A stretch of 63,129 bases of DNA, counting the filler, from Octopus bimaculoides (lineage: Eukaryota), in assembly GCF_001194135.2 (NCBI RefSeq). It is 8 parts of 7 records of this genome, joined end to end, with 100 filler letters (N's around TTAATTAATTAA, not from the genome) between each part and the next. Parts side by side here need not be neighbours in the genome. Positions count along the whole stretch, not along the records: positions 1 to 19,418 come from NC_068984.1; 7 more parts are not named here. One strand, written 5' to 3'. Both the position numbers and the translations under genes were made by a program. Below the pieces are notes generated by a model that worked only from the letters and a program-made list of their open reading frames with translations, searched no databases and was not told where the DNA came from. Of this stretch, positions 1 to 10,482 are shown in pieces (position 1 is the stretch's first letter; each line of letters opens with the position of its first letter).

Positions 1-52
1 TCATATATATTTCCACTCGTACGGTATTCCACAACTTTACTTTATTACATAC

Positions 53-131
<79 letters not shown>

Positions 132-144
132 CATACACACACAC

Positions 145-494
145 ATATATATATCATCATCATCATTTAATGTCTCTTTTTCATGCTGGCATGGGTTGGA
201 TGGTTTGACTGAGGTCTGGAAAGCTAGAGGCTGCACCAAGCTCCAATTTGGTCTGGCAATATTTCTACAGCTGGATGCCCTTCCTAACACCAACCACTCC
301 AAAAGTGTAGTGGGTGCTTTTTACGTGCCAGCGGCATAGGAGTCAGCCAGGCAGGCCTGGCATCGCCCACATTCGGATAGTGCTTTTTACGTCCCACTGG
401 CACGGGAGCCAGTCAGGGGCAATGGTGTTGGCCATGTTCGGATAGTGCCTTTTACGTGCCACCAGCACTGGAGTCAGTCAGGGGGCATTGGCCA

Positions 495-495
<1 letters not shown>
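145..495 (-). mobile_element. RTE-clade LINE 3' UTR/tail fragment
   Basis: Reverse complement of the tail at about 15760-16025 (gtggttggcgttaggaagggcatccagctgtagaa ... aaacgatgatg); ends in (cat)n; three ~65-bp internal subrepeats. Confidence 0.8.
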
Positions 496-564
<69 letters not shown>

Positions 565-723
565 ATAACAAAGAGCAGCCTATTTACTTACTTAATTTAA
601 CATGAGCATATTTATATCTATATTTGCAGTTGCAGTAACACTTATATTTATAATGCTTACCTTACTTTCACCCCCAGTAAGGGCAACAATTTTAACATGT
701 TTGAATGATGATAGGTTAAAAGC

Positions 724-2708
724 GTGAACAACTGTTTTGACATGTATGTTATCAAACGATTACACAAACCTTCTTTTCAGGTGCTGAATAATATCTCTCC
801 TTCGCAAGTTCCCTCCCACATCTCTTTCCCAGTTTTCAGAGTTGGCACTGTAAATACAGGCACATTGAAATGTAGGTTTAATGAGATTGTAGAGATGCTT
901 GAACAGAGGTATGTTGATGTATGTTGCATCCAAGAGGTAAGGTGGAGAGGCGCTTCAGCCATGTTCCTCATGGGGAAGAGACATGGGTATAAAATCTTCT
1001 GGGAAGATAACAGTGATGAAGTAGGTGATGTGGGCATAGATCTTACAGAGAAATGGGTGGATAAGGTCATAGAGGTAGTCAGAGTGTGTGATAGAGTACT
1101 TAAGCTTAGGCTAGTCTTGCAGAATAGTACAGGTACAAGTATATTTGCCTATGCCCCACAACCAGGCCTACCAAATGAACTGAAGGACCACTTTTATGAT
1201 ATTCTTCTGCAGGCTACCTCAAAGACGAGTGACAATGATCTCATCTTCTTGGCTGGGGATTTCAATGGGCATGCTGGACGGCAGCCCTGTATGGGGGCCA
1301 TGGAATTGGTTCCCGAAATGAAAAGGGAACAAGGCTGCTAGAGTACTGTGATGCAAATAACCTTTTGATCTGCAACACCAACTTCAGGAAGCCAGCCACC
1401 TGATAACATATCAATCATGTGACTCTACTAGCCAGATCGATTTCATTCTCATCAGAGAGCACTGTTGCTTTTAAATACAAAGACTCGCCCTGGTGAAGAA
1501 TGTACTCCACCAGCATAGACTAGTCATTAGTGACTTTAGGCTCCAGGTCAGAAGGACACCAAGAAGCAGACCAATCTGGAAAAGAAGGATTTGGAAGCTT
1601 GAGTAGCCTTCATATAATTCAGAAATTTAGGGACATACTAATTGAGAAATTTGATGAGAGGGAGGAGGAGCTACAAACTTGTGACATAGAGGACAATTGA
1701 GAATTCCTGCGAGACAGCTTGCTGAGTGCCACAGACAAAGTCTGCGGATGGTGCAAAGTCCCTTCCAGACCTAGGGTAACGTGGAGGTGGAACAATACTG
1801 TAGACAGGGCCATTAGAGCAAAGAAACAGGCTTGGAAGAGTGGGGGTAACAGGGAACTGTACCAGATAGCTAAAAGGGAAGTTAAGAGACAGGTATATCT
1901 AGCCAAGGGAGAAGCAGAAAAGAAGTTTGCCTATGTTCAGCCTCGTGACGATCGAAGAACTGAAGTATTTCAGATTGCAAGACATTGTGTGAGGGAAAAT
2001 TGTGATGTCACAGGAGAGAAATGTGTCCACATGGATGATGGTACACTTGCTTTTAATGAGTCTACAAAGGAATAGGCTTGGAGATGCCATTATAAAAGAC
2101 TGCTGAATGTGGGGAATGAATGAGAGGAGGAGAGTCTGCCAAATGTTGACCCAACTGAGGGACCAGCTACCCGAATTGACAGCACCCTGGTAGATAAAGC
2201 AATTAAGGAAATGAAGACAGGGAAAGCCCCCAGCCAATCAGGAATCATTGCTGAGATGCTTAAAATATCTGGTGGTGTGGATTATGGTTTAATCACCCGT
2301 ATTGTAAATCAGGTGGTTCACAAAGGAGTCATACCCAATGACTGGTGTAGCATCACCTTAATCAACTGCTACAAAGGTAAAGGTGATACCTTAGACAGAA
2401 ATAATTACAGAGGTATTAAATTGTTGGATCAAGTGATGAAATTTACGTAGAGTCATAGCCCAACTAATTAGGCAGAGATTTAGTCTAGATGAGATACATT
2501 TTGGTTTTGTGATAAGGCAACTTCAGGAGAAATACCTAGCCAAAGATAAACTTCTGTACTTGGCTTTTGTGGACTTGAAGAAAGCTTTTGACAGGATCCT
2601 CCAATCCCTTATCTGGTGATCAATGTGGAAACTAGGGATAGATGAGTGGTTGGTGAGAGCTGTACAAACAGACATTAAATGATGATAATGATGATGATGA
2701 TGATGATT
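724..2708 (+). mobile_element. RTE-clade LINE, decayed (APE endonuclease plus start of RT, joined to a (GAT)n tail)
   Basis: ORF fragments VGTVNTGTL..DVCCIQEVRWRG, AYAPQPG..LAGDFNGH, GKAPSQSGIIAEMLK, YKGKGD...NYRGIKLL, FVDLKKAFDR; multiple stops and frameshifts. Confidence 0.92.
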
Positions 2709-2944
2709 TAGGTGACATGCAAACTTATTGATTATAGTATGAATGTTATGAGGGAACAAAAAGAAAATGGTATGTCTCTAAATACATAGGCCAGATTGAT
2801 GATAATCTTTACATTCCCAACTTCCATAAAACATCACCAACTATAGAATGTCTGATATTGATCAGATAGAATGTCTGCTCAATAATTTATTTTAATGCGA
2901 ATATTTTACTTAAAAAAAAATACAAAAATAAACCATGAACTTAC

Positions 2945-3093
2945 CAAGAATTTTACAAAGAAATCCTCGCACTATTTTTCCAGTTATGTCTATAGTATCA
3001 TTTGGTGCTAAATTGTGACAGAATTTCATGATCCGACCCATGTAGTGGCTGCAAAGGAACTGGAAGTCTGTGCTGCTTTGGTGACAAGTTCCT
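2945..3093 (-). CDS. PLA2G7-like: PAF-AH exon with catalytic His: [49 protein letters not shown](G)
   Basis: Acceptor ttttctttaacag, donor gtaagt; 149 nt; GxxHQxxxDF motif. Confidence 0.95.
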
Positions 3094-6000
3094 CTGTTAA
3101 AGAAAATGTAAAGAATAGAGAGGGAAACCTTTTGATAAATATATTATCATCAACTATAACAACAAATTGGAAGAATTTTTAGAACATTGGTTGAAATGCT
3201 TTGTTTTGTTTGTTCTAGTTCTTTACATTCTGATTTTAAATTCTGCCAAAGCCAACTTTGCCTTTCGTTCCTGCAGAGATGGTAAAACATAGTCATATAC
3301 TAGGTTGATATAATTTTCCAAAATGTTGGTTACATTCTGAGTTCAAATTACCAAGTGGACAAATAATAACAATTCAATCTGCTATATCATGCCACCTTGT
3401 CTCCTATAAATTTGTGAACATATATTTACCAATTTAAATCATTAAATGCTTGTCACTCTGTCATTAAATATTGCCAAAAACAGTAACTGCCCTTAACACT
3501 TTGGGATTATATTTCAGTCACCCAAGCCTCATCGACACGGATAACTCACATCAAAATAGCACTGTCTGAGGACAGAGACCTCAAAAACATCCTCCCATGA
3601 TGGAAATTTGATCTCCTTCAACAAATGCACAGTCGTTGCACATATAAGATAATATTGCACCTCATCTCTTAAAATATGAGTAACACACACCTAGAACTCT
3701 CAGGGACACTACACCTGGCCTCACCATTACTGAGGATCTCCTCTGTTAACATGCATACTTAACATAGCAAAGTTTATTCTTAGGGTCAGAAAATATTTCA
3801 ACCCCATTCAACTCCTAAATCTCTGTTGAACTAATGTAGAACCCACAATGGAATACTGCTCCATCTAGGACAGTGCAAAAATCCCACCCAGCTGAAGTTA
3901 TTCACCAACACATTCAAATCTCTGGCTCACAGATGTGCCCCCTCTTCTTACTGCTTTTTCTACAGCTGTTTCTATAGTGGACTCTGCTCTTTGAAGATGG
4001 TTGGTGTCAAACCAACTCCATTCCTCACTCATTTGTACCTCCTCACCCACTGTGTTGCCTCACCATCACTAACCACTTCCTTCCCAGAATGTTGGCACTC
4101 AGGAATTCCCTCTCTGCCCATGTTTTCCATGCAGCTGTCATCTTGTGACTATTCAAGAAAAATATTAACTGTGTCGATCTCACCTACGAAAAACTTACAA
4201 TATTGTTAACATAATTCTGTTTTGTTCTGTGCATTCAAGGTTTTTCATTTTCAGGACATTTCTTTTCCACTGAAAGGTTTCTGTATTAAGCATTAGAACT
4301 GGCTGAGTAACTTGAGCATAAATATTGTCCTCCAAGGGTAACATCCAACCATCCAACACCACTCCAGCTCTGGTGGTAGAAAGTAAATAGATACAATGGT
4401 TTCAACATATAAACAGCCTGGGATTAATTCAGCATCAATTTATTAATGGGCCTGCCCTGATAGCCCCAACCTGATATAGTAATGGCAGAATGAAGAACTT
4501 GCACTTCTACATGGGCACTCAAACTACTAGAAACTGTAGCCAAATCTTCCTCAAATCACAATTCCTTAAAAACAAAAGTACCATTGGATAAATATATCCT
4601 TAGATATACTATGACTGAAAAAAGATGAGATGGTCATGACTGAAAAGCTGTTGATTATAGATATGAAGACCTAATAAAATGTATATTTATAGCAATGTAT
4701 TTTTACTTTTCTTGTATGGTGCCTATTTATGTGGACCAGGTTATTGTTATGGCTCAGAGTCCAATGCAGAGTGACAGTATAAGCATGTTATACTTCCTCT
4801 ACTGTTTAGTCTGTAGATGACATCATATGTATTAACCTGTTAACATAACATGCCAACACTTTGAATTAACTTTATACCTTGTCATTTACAGACCTCCAGG
4901 TTTGGAGTTTAGTTCCTGATGAAACTATTAAAAAAACAGTTAAAATTATATTCCCTCTCACACCCTGAAGATATCAATCTGTTTCTTCTCTCTTTTTCCA
5001 TATTTGTATGAGTCAAACAGATTTTGTTGATAAGTCAATGCCACAACTGGATAAGTTAGTACTTAACCTGTTAAAAACAATAACCAAATCTCCCTCACAT
5101 CACATTCTGCTATCTTAAAAATAAAATAACACATTGAGTAAAGTAGACAACTATATGAATAACAGACTGGATGGTCATAGCTGGATTGCTTTTGATCATT
5201 GATTTGTTCAGTGAGAGCTGACCTTGGGTTTCACAACAGGTAGATGCCTGTATAGCAGGAATGACCACTATTCAATAGAAAAAAGAACAAAATATAAGAA
5301 AATCTATACTTTATTGATGTAAGTTATTTATAACAAGTAAATGAATAATTAAATATTGTAAAAGAGAAGGATTTTTAAATATTTACCTAAACCTTTTGTC
5401 TTTAGCAAGGACCATAATAGTTGTGGCTCCTCCAAAAGAATGTCCAGCAATACATACATTAGACAGATCCAAATGTTCCTGAAATATTAGTAGTGGTTTT
5501 GTTTATATTCTTAGACTGGAATTATATTTCCTTGGTAAACATTAAGTATCAGTTAATAATTACATCTGTTGTATAATTATATTGAATATCAGTTAATAAT
5601 AATAACTGATGTCTAATTATGTTAGATATCAGATAATAATTATATTTGTACAAGAGTGAACAGCAAAACAAATCTGAACTGTCACTACTGCCACACAACT
5701 CACACTACTATCACATTACAAATCTACTGTCAAACCTCACAACAACACTGCCACATAAGCTACACTTGAGTTAATGAAGAAATCTATGTATAAGCTGTCA
5801 GTCAATCTACTGAAAATAACAGTTAAAATCACTTAAATTACATTAAAATCATTAAAAACAGGAAGACAAATATTGAATAACACACCCCTAGATATATTGT
5901 GTTCTAAAAAAGAGACAGGATGATTATGGCAGATACATCTTTGATCAAAGATCTGAATTAAATTAAAATAACAACCTAGTCCACCTTTGAACTTTCATTT

Positions 6001-9000
6001 GAGCAGCAGACTCAAATATTCATTCTTCTGGACTCTACCTTTCACAGGAATTGTCTCTCTTCTCTAAAAGCTGAATAAACTCACTTACATAGAACATGTG
6101 GTCATGTGTCATGTACTATGTACCTGTTGCCACATGGTGTTACTTAAACAATATATATAGCCATCTATCACATATATGTGAGAGAAGACTCAGCGTAGTT
6201 ACTTAGATTACTACAAATAGTACATTGATATTAGGAAGGGTATCCAACCATAAAAACCATGCCAAAACAGACGGTGGAGCTTGGTGCAGTCCTCTGGCTT
6301 GTCAACTCCTGTCAAACCATCCAATCCATGCCGGCATAGAAGATGGACATTAAATGATGATAATGATGATGATGATGTACCACAGGATAATATAGTTCAT
6401 TATTGTAGTATGTATGATTCTTGTAGTGGTATGATTCACTGCTACAGCAGGCACCACTGTGTGCCAGTAATAGTATAAGAATCACTGACTTGTTTACTGG
6501 TTGTCTACTAACTTATCAAACTGGTCATTCCTCTAGACCCTTGGTTCCCAAACTTTTTCAAAAGTTTTGCCCTACAGAACCCTCTCATTTTTTTGAGACT
6601 TTGCAGAACCCTGCCTACCCCAAAATGAAAAATCAGAGATGAACAAAGCAAAATGACCTTGTATAAAATAATTTTTCATGAGATAAAGTTTTACTGATAA
6701 AATTTAAAAAATAAGTGAGAGTGGTGAACTTGTTGGGTCTGTAATATGTCCTCAATATTAGGATGAGTTTTTGATAATGTGACCCTCATGTCATGTGCAA
6801 CATACATTTTATTGCGAGTCTTTGTTTTAATTGCGAGTAAAGTTGCAAAAGCCGTCTCATTCATATGTTATTGCAAATGGAATGATGAATTTGAAGGCCA
6901 ATTTGACGACATCTGGATAGGATTGCGTCATTTCAATCCAGAATTCACTGCAACACGTTATGNNNNNNNNNNNNNNNNNNNNNNNNNNNNNNNNNNNNNN
7001 NNNGAACTGTTCTTGAATGACGTAATCTTCTGACAGAAGGTCAACAACAGACACTGCAAAGGGATTGGTGATGAAATGATAAACTTCTTTGAAGTATTTG
7101 TAGGTTGGGGTGGTATCTTTGAATTTCAGTGTGAAGAATTAAGACATGCTGTTTCATGATGTCAAGGATGTCAGCATCAACTTGAAGGACATCTTCATCA
7201 AGGAAAGTATTGAGGTTCAGAAATGGTGCTAAATTCTCAAATTCCAATTTAGAATGCCACAAATGGAGCTTCATTTTAAATGCAGTCATTTTTTCATGAC
7301 AGCGGACAATGGTGATATCCTTTTCTTGTAGTGCTAAGGTGCTAAGTTAACAGAATTAACTGATTCAAAAATGTCGACCAAAAAGGAGAGACATATAAGG
7401 AACCGAGTACTGGAGAATTGTCTGTGCAGTTCTTTTTTAGCACCACAAAGAAATTCATGTATCTCCTTTCACAGAACAAAGACTCTTTTCAGTACTCTCC
7501 CCTTGGAAAACCACCTCACATGCGAGTACAGTAAAAGCATTTCAAAATTGGAGCCATTCTCCTTGCACAAGTCAGCAAAAAGATGCGAGTTTAGAGGATT
7601 GGCTTTGATAAAATTTACCACTTTGACCACATCATTCAAAACATTCTTCAAATGATCGGGCATTGTTTTAACCATCAATGCTTAGTGCATTAGGAGACAT
7701 CTCCTTCACCATTGCCTGAAAGCCAGAGCAGCAACCAAGCATTGCTGGAGTACTGTTGGTGCACATGCCAACATGCTCCCAGTTTATGCTATGCATGATA
7801 AGGAATTGATCCACTTTCTGGAATATATTGTTTGCAGTGGTTCGGGTGTTGAGAGGTTTTTCAAAAAAGGAATTCATTTTCCAGGCACTTGTTACGCATG
7901 TAACATACATAAACACAAAATATTATCAGTCATCTCAGCAATTCATCGACTGACATTGTTGTTGGAAAGTGAAACATGTTTAAGCTTCTGTAGTTCAGAC
8001 ATTCCAAGTACGAGTGAAATTATATCTTTGCAGCAGGGAAGAACTAACTACTCTCCAATGTTATGAGGTTTTTTTTGAAGCAGCGATTTTCCTTGAAACC
8101 AGCCGTAATGCCCTGCATACACATTTCTGTGTCCTCAAGCCTGGATTTGACCAATCTGTCAGCTTTGCATCTGAAAAATTCCTCATTTTTGTTGACTGCA
8201 CTGGGATGTTTCATTTCCAAATGCCTCTTTAGCCTGCTGGGCTTCAGTGAAGAAGCTGCCAATACCAGTAGTTTTTCCACTCCACCAGCAGTAAGTACAA
8301 TGAAATCAAAGCTCAAATATGACTCATCATATCTCCTTTTCTTTGTAAAATACATTCTAGAAATAAATTTCTTTTGGGAGACAGTTAAGTTTTTTTTTTT
8401 ACTTCTTTTGGGAGACAATTAAGTTTTTTTTATTTCTTTTGGGAGACTATTAAGTTTTTTTTATTTCTTTTGGGAGACAATTAAGTTTTTCTATTTCTTT
8501 TGGGAGACAATTAAGTTTTTCTATTTCTTTTGGGAGACGAGGTTTTTATTTCTTTTGGGAGACAAAGAAATAAAAACCTTAATTGTCTCCCAAAAGAAAT
8601 AACAAACTTAATTGTCTACAAATAAATATAATAAAAATATGTAACTGTTGTGCTGTAAATGCACAGAATTTTGTACTATTTCACTCTGTTGAGAAAACTG
8701 TGTTACTTTTATCAGTATAAATATATATATAATATATGATATATATATATATATTGATTACTACGTTAGCATAGAGACCGTAAACAAAAAAAACGGTCAC
8801 ATCTCAAAAAATCCCCAAATAAAATTATGATTTACAAATTTAGTGATTACTATTAAATGAAGTAGTAAGCAAGAACACTAAATAATATCACAATATATAT
8901 TTTTTTAAAAAACAGACAATACATATAAAGCTAGTTATATTATAAAAGAAAAATATTATGCCTTGACAAACTGGCGATAAATACTATTTTCATATTGATG

Positions 9001-10437
9001 GTCAAGGGGAGGTAAATCTAGCTCTTTCATAATTATGAGTATATATATAGATTTTAAATTGACTCAGTTTATTTTTAAAAAACCAAAGCAAAATATTAAA
9101 TTGATTATGACTTATCAAAAAACATTTTTATATATAAAAAAACCAATTTCAAGAGCAACATAAATGATAATTATACCAAATACATGAATTTAAGATATCC
9201 TCAATAGGTAATCATATGAATTCAAACTAAATTACACATTATAACATAGCAAAATAGTTTTTGGGATTGTTTATAGAGGAATCTAAACTACTTAGTCTAT
9301 GCTATTAAACCTATGACAATATTGTAAGCACTAAGATTATTTTTTTTTTTTAATTTCAACTTGTTTTTTTGCATGTTTTCATAGGTCAACTATGAATGTT
9401 GTATATGAATGTTATCTATTTTTATTGTCTGCCTGCTACTAATAAGGCCCTGAGGAGATGCAGTATCCCATATTTTATAATATGCATGAATCAATCTGGA
9501 TATTGCATCGAAATGTTCATAGGTCATTATCATTATTATAATAAAGTATTTTCAATGGATCAGTTTTGAGCTCTCATTTAAATCGACATACATATACATA
9601 TATATATANNNNNNNNNNNNNNNNNNNNNNNNNNNNNNNNNNNNNNNNNNNNNNNNNNNNNNNNNNNNNNNNNNNNNNNNNNNNNNNNNNNNNNNNNNNN
9701 NNNNNNNNNNNNNNNNNNNNNNNNNNNNNNNNNNNNNNNNNNNNNNNNNNNNNNNNNNNNNNNNNNNNNNNNNNNNNNNNNNNNNNNNNNNNNNNNNNNN
9801 NNNNNNNNNNNNNNNNNNNNNNNNNNNNNNNNNNNNNNNNNNNNNNNNNNNNNNNNNNNNNNNNNNNNNNNNNNNNNNNNNNNNNNNNNNNNNNNNNNCA
9901 CTGTCCTGTTCTTGTTAAAACTTTCACCCTCCACAAAAAATTCCAAATTTTATTTAATTTGCTTTGCGGGAAGGACTGTTCCAACGAAGTCGCGTATTGT
10001 CCTTGCCTTCGAAACGCGGAGTAGATGGAACAGGGACAACTGACGAAGGGGTATACTCTTTATGCTGCATGTCTCGTTTCTCTGTTTGTATTTTTCGTTG
10101 TTCGTAAAAAGTTCGTTTTCTGTTTTCGTTTTTATGTTTTCGTTTCTCATTGTGTTTAACTTTTATTTTTATGTCTTGTACCCATATATGCATGTCTGTA
10201 TACATATAGATGTAGATATGTACATATATGTATGGATATATGCATATATTTATATATTATTTATATCATTATATGATCGAACGCCATGCATCCTTTTCCA
10301 AGTATATATATATATATATGTATAGCATTTTTCAATGGCCAAATAACTGAAGAGATGGCAGCGTGGGTTTCCGCCCCGACATCTGAAACTCGGAGTTTTA
10401 TCATGGCTACTGAATAATTGTCACATATTATTTACAG

Positions 10438-10482
<45 letters not shown>

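Noticed and set aside
724-1341. Standalone endonuclease or CFDP2-like host gene
   Set aside because: It is the APE domain of an RTE LINE, continuing into frameshifted RT sequence.
6790-8418. Domesticated ZBED5/FAM200-like host gene
   Set aside because: Multiple frameshifts, a mutated catalytic-region Asp, and intact TIRs and TSD mark it as a dead transposon.
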